Source of the DNA: Bugula neritina
Taxonomy: Eukaryota; Animalia; Bryozoa
Direction: 5' to 3'
DNA length: 14,841 nucleotides
Assembly (NCBI GenBank): GCA_964035545.1
Contig: CAXIUT010000252.1
Coordinates: 1-14,841 of the forward strand
How positions within the stretch are numbered: position 1 is the stretch's first letter; the number at the start of each line of letters is the position of its first letter. Both the position numbers and the translations under genes were made by a program. Shown here piece by piece: positions 1 to 10,600 of the stretch. The notes beneath the pieces were generated by a model. That model saw only the letters and a list, made by a program, of their open reading frames with translations. It was not told the DNA's origin and did not search any database.

Positions 1-93
1 CCCAACCCCAACCCCAACCCCAACCCCAACCCCAACCCCAACCCCAACCCCAACCCCAACCCCAACCCCAACCCCAACCCCAACCCCAACCCC
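1..93. repeat. Left telomere, (CCCCAA)n
   Basis: Perfect C4A2 repeats starting 5'-CCCAA at the window start; Tetrahymena-type ciliate telomere repeat. Confidence 0.98.
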
Positions 94-199
94 TTTATTT
101 TATAAGCAAATATTCTTTTATTTTGATATCTTAGTCAATCCAAATACCATTAAACTAACTAAATTATATCAATCATGAATCAAATTCCTTTACAAATCA

Positions 200-615
200 T
201 CAGCAGCCACATGATTTAGCTGTACTCCACAATTTCCATGAATTATCTCCCCATTGATAGACCTTGATAGCACAGTTCAAATTTTGACTGGGATCACATG
301 GAGGTCTTCCACTATTGCACTGTCCCCAATTGATCTATCTACTATGATAAGTACATTGTTGATTTGCCAGATGCCTACATCGGTTGATCCGTTTTCGTTG
401 TGGTTGAGGGCGTTGCCATTGCCTGCAGATTCATGTGAAACGATGCATTTACAGCAATTTTGGTTCCATGAATATTTAGAGCACCAGGCTGATATGTCGA
501 TTACGTTCTTGGTTGTTCCGCAGTAGCATTTTGGACATTTTCCTGATGGGCAGTTTCCTCCGCAGGTGTCAGATAGGACTAGGACTGCTAGGAGAAGGAG
601 AAGTAATATCTTCAT
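200..615 (-). CDS. Secreted Cys-rich c-type lysozyme-like protein (GH22/lysozyme-like fold), copy 1, 131 aa; exons 615-355 and 334-200
   Basis: Signal peptide MKILLLLLLAVLVLS. HES...NGSTDVGIWQIN matches the c-type lysozyme catalytic region (hen lysozyme FES...DGSTDYGILQIN). Removing GT-AG intron 335-354 gives INWGQCNSGRPPCDPSQNLNCAIKVYQWGDNSWKLWSTAKSCGC then TGA TGA, colinear with copy 2. Confidence 0.9.
335..354 (-). other. 20-nt spliceosomal intron (phase 0)
   Basis: GTACTTATCATAGTAGATAG on the minus strand; removal restores the frame and homology to the paralog. Confidence 0.9.
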
Positions 616-913
616 AGGAATATTTATTAGATAGATTTAATATAATTATTAGAAGATATAAATATTGTTTTAAAAGATAGAAGAAACTTATTTGTGTGTC
701 ATAGAAGGGATGATAAAGAAATAAGGTTGATCGATAGTTACTTTGATAGTTTTATTTTATTTTGATTGTAATTGATAATACCAATAAATAAGAGCAAATA
801 TTTGAAAATAATTAAAAAAAGTGTTTTTTTTGTGATTAGTAGGTTAATTAACTGACAAAGATTGTATATTAATAGAAAAGATGGTATTTTATTTGTCTAG
901 ATTTGAATATTGA

Positions 914-1329
914 TCAACATCCACATCCTTTTGCGGTGCTCCACAACTTCCAGGAGTTGCCTCCCCAACCATAAACTTTCTTAGCACAGTTGAGGTTCTC
1001 ATTGGTGTCACAAGGAGCATGACCTGAGCTGCATTGTCCCCAATTGATCTGCATAAATATCAACTTACCTTGTTGATTTGCCAAAGTCCGACATCAAAAG
1101 TTCCATTGCTGTTGTAGTTGGCAGCATTTGAGTTACCTCCTGATTCATGGGAGACAATGCATTTGCAGCAGCTTTGATTCCAGTTATTTTTAGAGCACCA
1201 AGAAGCAATGTCTTGCATCTTTTTGGAGGTTCCACAGGGGCAGCTGGGACATTTTCCTGAAGGACAGTTGCCTCCGCATGAATCAGCGAAGACCAGAGCT
1301 ATGAGTAGGAGTAGAACGATAGCTTTCAT
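914..1329 (-). CDS. Secreted Cys-rich c-type lysozyme-like protein, copy 2, 131 aa; exons 1329-1069 and 1048-914
   Basis: Signal peptide; HES...NGTFDVGLWQIN; after intron 1049-1068 reads INWGQCSSGHAPCDTNENLNCAKKVYGWGGNSWKLWSTAKGCGC-TGA. All 14 Cys shared with copy 1; about 73% identity in the mature region by manual count. Confidence 0.9.
1049..1068 (-). other. 20-nt spliceosomal intron (phase 0)
   Basis: GTAAGTTGATATTTATGCAG on the minus strand, canonical GTAAGT donor and CAG acceptor; same position as in copy 1. Confidence 0.93.
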
Positions 1330-1622
1330 TTGTAGGATTTATTACTAATTGAACTGAATAACATAAATCTAAGTTGATAGTGGATATTACTCAAATAAAT
1401 ATGGTTGAAAAAATCATAAATATTATCTCTATTTTTGATGATATTCAATAAATAAACTTTAATGATTTGATTTTGATGACTAATTAAACGATATTCGATG
1501 ATAATATCGATAAATTTGTTTAAAAATAAATAAAATACTTTTGTTTTAATGAAATTAATAAAAATATTCATTGTCAATATGATGAATATGATGAATATGG
1601 ATATTGGATATTGTTTTGTTAA

Positions 1623-4600
1623 TCATGCATCGATAATGTCGCTGTTGTCGTTAAATTCGTTCACTTTGAGAATGTTCTTATCTGATCGTCTGTTGTTGGG
1701 GTTCTTGATCTTTATATCTGACTCATTGGGAACTTATTTGTCTTCACTGCTACCGAACATGAAATTGCTCTTCTCTTTCTCTCCTCCTTTCTCTTATATT
1801 TAGTCCTAGTGGCTAACTATCTCTTAGATCACCTTTGCTCTTCTTCTCATACAACAAATAACTGTTACGATTGCTCCGATTGTTAAAATAACAGCTGCTA
1901 CAGCAATACCAATGACTATGCCTTTACCTTAACTTTAATCTGATGATGATTATGTTGTTGAGTCGAGAGGGGTAAAGACGCTAGAGGCTCCGATAACTTA
2001 TCCAACAGATGATAGGCTACTTGCTAAAGCTCCTGAACTGATGGCATTAGTAACTCCTGCAGAAGCATCTGCTACTGATGTATCATTGGAATTTTCATCG
2101 ATTGGTTCAGTTATAACTGCTGTAACTATAGTTGATCCACTGAATACTCCTACTACTTTAACTCTTGAAGTATCAACTATATTTAGTAGTGCACAAAGAT
2201 TATTGACGAAGTTGGTGATGGCATTACCGTCGTTGAAGAAATCATTGATATCCATAGCGAAGTGGGTTGTAAGTTGAACTGATTCAGTGAGTTGAATTTC
2301 AATATTACAATCTAGGGCGTCAGTGACAACGAAAGTAATGGTATAGTTGGTGTACATGTAAGAGTGACTACCACACATAGATGTATTGAGTTCTTATCTG
2401 AGTCCTGAAGCAGTATTGTTTATATCTGTTAAAAGGATTGGGTCTATGATTGCTCCTCCTTTGAGAAGACGAATTGTATTTGGCCTTGGATAGTGGAGTC
2501 TGACTACTACATATTTAGTGTTGTCGCCTTCTGGGTGTCTTCTTTGGATTTGTACTTATAGTTTTCTTGGAGGTTATGATAAGAAAGTCATATTATATGA
2601 TTGTTGGAGTCTAACCAGAGAAATAAAACGACCGATTCTTTGATTAAGAGGTTCATCACCAAGCCACTCCCAGTCTCTAAAGCCATTGGTTGCTGTGGTG
2701 TAGTTGGATCCGTCGTAAAAGAGAGTAACTGGCCACATAATACGAAGTTTTTGATCGGTATGAACGTTTTGATATTAAAGAACTGCGAAATCTTAGCGAG
2801 TGCAGAGGAATGAGTTCATAGGAGTTGAGAAGGTACATCCTTGTTCATTGGCTCCAAAGCTATCATTAGTAGGAACAACTGCTCCTTTGAATCCGAAGAA
2901 AGTACCAGTGAAGTCTTGAACAAGATAGTTTCTGAGACCAGTACAAACCATATCTCCACATCCTCCGAACCATCCAAGATTTTAAACTCGAGGTTATATA
3001 GCTGTCAAATAGCTGTTATTATCACATTCATTGCAGATGGAGTCATACATGTATGCACTTCCTACAAGATCATCTGATGCTCCTTCGTGAGGTTTAAAGA
3101 CGAAGTTGTTACTGCAAAGAGTTTCAATTACTCCTGAGTAGGTTTGTTTGAAGTTATCAAAGGTGCAGTTTAGGATATATGATTTGCTGTCAAAGACAGG
3201 TTGTTTACAAATAACATCAAAACCTGTTCCAAATTTATCAGGCATAACTTAACCGTTATTTGAAGCAACAAACATTCTTGCACCGTGGTTAGTTGTACAA
3301 TCAGTAGCAGTTGGTCCGTAGCATTCAGCACAAGTGGGTCTTGAGACTGCTGTGACATATGAATCTGTAAGAGTTGCTGTTTGATCTGATCTACCTTCAG
3401 GAGCTCCATGTTTGAGTGTGATACCTCTTTGACAGTCAGCCATTAAAAATTTGGAGAATTCAATACTGGAGATTCCTGGTGAACCACAGATGTTTCCAAT
3501 ATCACAGGCGTAGGCTTTAATATATGAGAAAGCTTGGCATTGTTAGCCATTTGTATTGAGGATAAAACCTATTCTGCATGATCCAGCTGTATTGCCAGCC
3601 ATTGGGTTGGTTTCTTTTTAGGTACATTTGATCATAGGGAAAGCGAAACCATGCTGAGTTGATCCAATACAATAGTTGTCTTGGACGGTGGCTTATCCAG
3701 GTGCAATATTGTTTTCAACATAGACGCAAGCAGTTAGTTCTCTACCTTCGGCGATGGTTGGTTTTCCTCTAACTCCCAGAATGATGTTGCTACTGAAATC
3801 GAAGGAAAGAACAGTTTTAATTTGGGCACCAAAGACATAGGCATCATAGAGAACGTTGTTAGTAATAGTGATATTTTGTGAGTTTTAGATTCTCATGCAG
3901 TTTGCTTGACAGTGGATGAAAGATGAATCCTTTACTGTTGATGTTAGACTTCCATTGTAGGCATTTAGGAAGACAAGAGAAGATTTAAGAGACTAGAGTT
4001 GTCCTCCGTCTTGGAATTGAACTCCATCAAGCATAGTACTACCGATTCTTTCAATTTATCCATCCAAATATCCATAGATAAAGACAGTGTATCCCCAATT
4101 TGTATCAGCTCCTGGTATGATCTGAATATTTCTATTGACATGTCCTACTCTAGCTCTGGCATCGAGTTTTCCTTCTCCATAACTGTTGGCAGTAACTGTT
4201 TAACTGGAAGATCCATAGTGAGTATATGCTAAAGCAGAGGTAAAGGTAATTGTTTTTGTGGCATTATCAATACTTGCAATAGTCATTGATTCATGTTATG
4301 TTTTAGATGAGAAAGATGATGAGATGACAATGGTATCTCCAACTGCCCAATCAGTATGAGCATTTACAACGATAGATGATGAGTTAGCTAGTGCTGTTTC
4401 TGTTAAGTAAGTTGTAACTGTTTGTGGAGGATTTCCATAAAGATTTAGGGATCCAGTAACTACCATATATTTATTTCCTGCAACTATTGGATCAATGTAA
4501 AATCCATTGTCACTTTTTTGTCCATTGAGTTGAATAGTAAATTTATGAAGGAATGGTCTGGATGAACTACCTGCTGTGATGTTTCCAGCTCTAATATGGA

Positions 4601-7600
4601 TAGAGTTAGCAGTGATTTTAGCATCTCTACTGTCATCAGCAATGAGATCTCCATCTATGACGAAATAGTTGAGAGCAGCTGTGTCAATATCGAGGAGAAC
4701 AGTCCAATTTCCACTAAGAGTGACGTTGTCTCCATCTTGAGGAATTACTCCATTTGGCCATTGTGTGGCATTGCTCCAGGTTCTAACGAAATCTTCTTTA
4801 ACGAAGTTATCTGAGGGATCTGGGCAAAGATATCGGCAGATAATACCATTGACTTCAGTGTATTAGAATTTGGTTCTATTTTTACCACTTTGACAGATAG
4901 ACATCATTCTTCCTGATCCTTCTGAGTTATTAGCAAAGTAATCACCGTTCTAGCAAGTGGCTGGATCAAGGAAAGTATCTGATTCGTTTTTGAAGTCAAG
5001 AGAAGTAAGTACTTTGGCTCCTCCTCGCATAGGTCCTATTTCAAAAAGTTCTCTGTTTTCAGTGTAATTAAATTTGAAGATAATTCCTTTATCTGATGAG
5101 CTCATATCACTGAGAGTAACGATAGCAAGATGACTGAAGTCGATACCTGTTCCCCACCAAATATTGTAAATTTTATCTGTCATGAAGGGAAGAGCATAAC
5201 TATATTTCTTATCTTTCTTTGGTTCCATATCAGGTGTAATTCTTGATTAGACAGATGTGTGTAGTGATGCTGAGATGTTAACGTCAGTGGTATCGTCGAT
5301 ATTGAGTAACTCAGCTGCTTTCATGAAGGTTCCACTGAAAAGTTGATGATTTTGGAGGTTAGTAAACATGACTCTTTTGATAGTAATTGTGGGATCACAC
5401 ATAATAGCGTTATCCCAGTCAGTTGGAGTTGTTGCTGCTGGACAGGTAGCAGTGTTATATACACTAAGATGAGGGAACCCATGAACGATTGTAGCTGATG
5501 CTCGAGTAGTACCATCGAATTTTTGACTGAAAGATCCATCCAAGTCATAAATTACATCTCTTTTAAGTTTGCTTTCAATCATATGCAACATTTTTCCTGT
5601 TACATTAGTAAAAGTAAGTTGATCTACTTCAACTTAAGTACCTGTGTTAGTGTATTTTAGAGGGTCATCACAGAATCTACAGGTTTGGAAAAGAATACTA
5701 CCTGCTGGATAGTTATAGAATCTGATATCAGATAGTTTATTTACTCCTGTTCTTCCGGTAATGGCTGCTGACATGCCACTAGTGTAGTTAGTTGTATTTG
5801 AGTGTGCATTGTTGACTGATTGTCCAATGATGGAACTGTTCTGGATACGAGGAGGTGTTTTAGTGAAGTTAGCCAAGTAAAATTCGATACCTGCATGATA
5901 GTTTTCAGCAATAACAAACTTGTCAAAGACTACATCTCCTGTTTATTCTGAAAGAACTCCACTTTCAAGATTTTTGTAACTTGTCATGTTGGAATAGACT
6001 GATTGGATTGAAGGATTATGGGCCCATGGGTCTTCAGGATCAGAATCATCACGAATATCTTCACAAGGGTACATACGGGAGTAAAGATGGAAAATACGAA
6101 GACCAAAACGAACATTAGAGTGAACTACGTTGTTAGATACAGTTCCTAAAGGATTTCCAATAGGACAGACATCCATGGTGGCTGATGGTCCATCTGGGTG
6201 TTATTTGATTTAATACCACATTCCATAGAACTGACTACCTGCTGCATGGTTGCCTGTGATATCGTTTGCTGGGTTGGTGATCCAGAAAGAAGCAACTGAA
6301 GTATCAGTTTGCATCATATTAGTGGTGGCAATAGAGAAGACAGCTAAGTTGTCTCTGATTACATTATTAGTTTCAATACCATCTTCAACGAAGAAGTTGT
6401 GACCTCTGACATGATATCCTACGTTTTTCTAGACAACTAGGTGATGGACACCATGAATGGTAATAACTCTGGCGAAAGAGTTATGGACAGCGTTTCCTCT
6501 AGCGAAGGAGGTAGGAACATCACCAGCCATATGGAAATGCATGCAATATCTTCCTCTAATTTGAGGTTGTCCGCAATCTGTAAATTCTGTATATCCTATA
6601 TGTCCTTTGAATCCATTTTATTCTTGACCTGTAAGTAAGAGGTGAGATCCATATTGTTTCATAGCTGATTAACTTTATCCTTTGACTACAATGTTTCTGG
6701 TTAAAAGACCTACTTCTGCTTTCATGGCTAGTTTATCTGTACCATAATCTTCAACAACTGAAACGTGCTTGTATACAAATTTGCTATCAACTGTTAGAGT
6801 TTTGCCTGAAACAGCTGTAATTGTCTTTTTTTCAGCTTCTGAGGGAACAAAGCTTGTTGATGCTACTACTATTTGTTCTCCTACTTGCCAATCAATATTG
6901 TCTTCAACTGTTAGAGTAGTGTCATCTACATTGACAGTAGCTGCTAGACTGGTCCAGGTTGGTGTTCTTTAGGTTCCGTACATTGAAAATTTACAATTTA
7001 GACAACCAATACCTTTGTTTCCAAAGATTGGTATTTGTTTACCATAGTATCCTCCGTATAAAATAAAGGTCAATTTGCTGGTGTGAGGATTAGTTTATGT
7101 TCCTGCAATGAATTTTCCTTAGTTCATTACAATAAAACCTGTTTTAACAGTGATATCTTTGGTGTCATCAAAAACAAGAGTTCCCCCATTTCCTGTGATA
7201 CCTTAGAGAATTGGTGTATCTTGATCAACAAGTAAAGTTGTTCCTTTTGGAATAACAACCAAGTCATTGTCAACTGGAGCTGTATCAACGCCCCAAGTAC
7301 TAGCACTACTCCACTTCAAAACATAGAGGAAAGTATCTCTCAAGATAACTTTGCTTGATCCAATCATGACTTCAAAAGTGTTGTCAACAGTAGGAGTAAC
7401 TGGTCTTGCTCCAGTAGTACAGACAATGGTAGTAGCAGTTGAAGAAGTGACTGGACAGTCAATGCCATCAATAGTAACTACAGGTCCAGTTCCTCCAAGG
7501 TTAGTTCCAGTGAGTGTAAGAGTTTATCCTCCAGCAATATCTCCATATCTAGGACTGATAGAGTCGACTGTAGCAGTTGCGTCTTGTCTGTATTCGACTT

Positions 7601-10600
7601 TACTGCTGAAAGTCTGAGGAGTTTGTCCATCATAGTAGATCACATCAGCTAGTTGAGAAGTAAGAGTAGGTACAACTGTGCTGTAAAGGATACCATAGAG
7701 TTGTATTTCAGCAATGTTGCACATAGAAGTTGAATTATGTTTGAATCTGATATATCTGAAGGCAGTAGTAACTTAACTTTTGATTGAGTTCCATCCAGTA
7801 TGAATGGTTTGATCAACTTTACCGATTTTTGTCCATGTTGACATATCATTTGATCCTTGGAATTCGGCATAGAGGATCTTTCTGGCTACATTAGTCCAGT
7901 CAATATTTGGGAAAAATCTGATTCTATCAACAACAACTTCTAGACCTGAACCTGCATCCATACCAATCCAGCATTCAGTATTACTTGAGTTATAGAGAGT
8001 ATTGGTGAGATCGTCAAATGTATTGCTGACAGTGGTGGTTGATGCATTGGAGTCACTGAAGAAAGTAAATTGTTTATTAGCAAGTTTAGATACTTAAGTT
8101 AAACTGAATGTTGTTTGGGTGCTAGTAGTTATTAAGGCTGGTAGTTAATAAACAGCTTATGATGAACTATGACTTATGATTGATCCTTTGAGTCCGTTGA
8201 CTTTGATGTAACTTTTTGGGGAGAGGCCAGATGCTGCAACTGTGAACTTTCCTCCGTTGTAAGATACTACATGAGAGTTAACGATGACATTTGTTGGGAA
8301 TGCAACTGAAATTTTGTCAGTTATAGCAATATATCCATTATTAGTGTTAATTTTAACTTAATATTAACCTGAGTTGAGATCGGCAGTGAAAGTGGTAACG
8401 GCTGTTGCGCCTGAACCAGTAGTAGTCCATGAGTTGGTTGCAATATCAATGAAGTTAGTACTGTCATCAGTTGAAACTAATTTAATGCTACTAATAGTAG
8501 CTGAAACATCATTAGAAGCTGATACTTAGATATTGTTTGATCCTACAGTAACACTGTGACTAGATGAGATAGTAGCTGTTGGTGTTTTAGCTGTAGAGGC
8601 TGTATATGTTCTGGTTGATGTTTCTACTGGTCCTTTAAAAGAGATTGTTAAAGCTGTTCCATCTGCTACTGCTGGTATTTCTAAAGACATGCTATTTGAA
8701 GAACAACAAGACACTATATTGACTGGATAACTCATGTCTGTTGATGTAATAGTTACTGAGAAAGAGAGACCATCAATAGATGCGGGATATCCTCCTCCAC
8801 TAGATAGAGTGACAAGACCACCGGCTGTAGATGCACCTGATGACGACCAACTCCTTGATCCAGCACTTATTCCAACTGATAATGTCATTCCGCTACTTTA
8901 TCCAACAGAGTTTCTGATTTTAACACTATATGATCCTGATTGTAAAGTAGAGGGCACATCGAAAGAAAGACTAGTAGCAGTAGATGCTGTAGCTGATAAG
9001 ACTGTAGTTGACTTGGTGATTGAGTTGGTGAGACTGGCCTATGCAAAGCCACTTCCATCTTGAACGTTGGTACCAGTGAGGGTAACTTAAGTTGTTCCTG
9101 TTCCAGTGGGAGATACACTAGATTTGGACATAGCTGTAAGAGTTGGTGAAGAAGTTGATTCTACATAAGTAAATTAGCATGTTCCAGTGCAGCTGTTAAG
9201 GATAAGTAATCTGGTTGATACAACAACACTTAGAGCTTATCCAGCTGTATATTTAGAGTTCATAACTGGAGTTCTGCATTGGATTTCTGTAGCTGTAATG
9301 CTTTCGATAGCACAGAATTAGTTGAGTTCCCAACCAATATAGACAAGTGTGTTTTGTGTATCAGTTGAAAAGTTTTAGCCTGTAATAGTAAGTAATGTTC
9401 CTCCTGTAGCACTTCCAGTGGCAGGAGAAATAGAAGAAACACTGAAAACATAGTTGAAAATGTTAGAATTAGCTGCTCCGGCTATTGAATCTCCATTCAC
9501 AGGTTCATTTACTTATACTGTGAACTGACCTTCATTTCCTCCCGGAAGACCTGTCTTCATGTAAGTATTGTTGTGTTCAAGGATAACTAATTCATAAATT
9601 TTACCTGTGGCATTTGACAAGAAAACTTTAGTGTTTGCTGTGTCTGTTCCAAATCTATCGCCATTGATCTAGAGAGTTCCTTTAAGACCAGGATTAGCTG
9701 AGGCAGGGGAAAGACTATTGATAACTGGAGCTGAACCTGAACCATCAGTATAAGTGAAAGATAAAGTAGTATCACTCAGAGTGCCAACTTCAACTGTCAC
9801 TGTTTGAGCTCCAAGAGCATTACAAGCTGGAACATAGAAGTCAGCCTTAATGTTATTGATTTATTTGATAGTAGCTTTGTTGCTACAAATCGTGATGGTC
9901 ATTTTGGATTTGTCAAGAGGGAATCCTTAACCATTTAAGCTGATAAGATATCCTCCGTTATCGCCTCCTGTAGTGATAGAGAGGGAAGTAGCTACTAAGG
10001 GAATGCTTAAAGCAGAAACTCCAGTAGATGCTAGACTAGCAATTCCGAATGTTTAGATGGCTACAACTGGAGTGACATCACCAGCAACTAAAATAGGAGT
10101 TGAATCCGAGTTGGCTGCCATGTTGCAAGTGATAGCGGCTAAGGTTCCTGTAATTCCTGAGCAAGACTGTCCTCCTACAGTAATAGTGATGGTATTAAGG
10201 GCGAAGTTAGCATTTGTTGGATCACTTAAACCAACTGTTAGAACAGCTCCTGTTTTGCTTAAAGTAGTTATTTCAGAATAAGTATTGAAGGCATACGAGC
10301 AATCTCCGGTACAAATGGAAGGGATGTTATTGGTTTTAACATGAACATTAATTCCACTGGCATCAGTATGAAGGAATCTATAGTCGATTGGTTAAACAAG
10401 GAGATTAGGAGAGTAATTTCTTCTGGTAGTTGAGCTTACTGTGGGACTTGAACTAGATGATCCTCCTGAAAGTCCCACTGCACTCATAACAACTGATGGT
10501 ACAGCTGCATTGTATCCTTTAAATTGAATAATCCAGGTGCATGAATATCCACATCCGTAAGTAGTTGTTTGGGTCACCTATGTTTGTTCGAATCCAACTA

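Noticed and set aside
1326-1577. 83-aa minus-strand ORF
   Set aside because: Very AT-rich intergenic DNA with I/N/F/K-biased translation.
1576-1612. Short tandem AATATGATG / GGATATT duplications after the large gene's stop
   Set aside because: Only two to three copies; ordinary slippage in an AT-rich 3' region.
254-10281. Plus-strand and off-frame ORFs (e.g. 254-526, 1549-1803, 2041-2277, 7351-7617, 8734-9063, 10057-10281)
   Set aside because: Antisense or alternate-frame shadows of the real genes, with no recognisable motifs.
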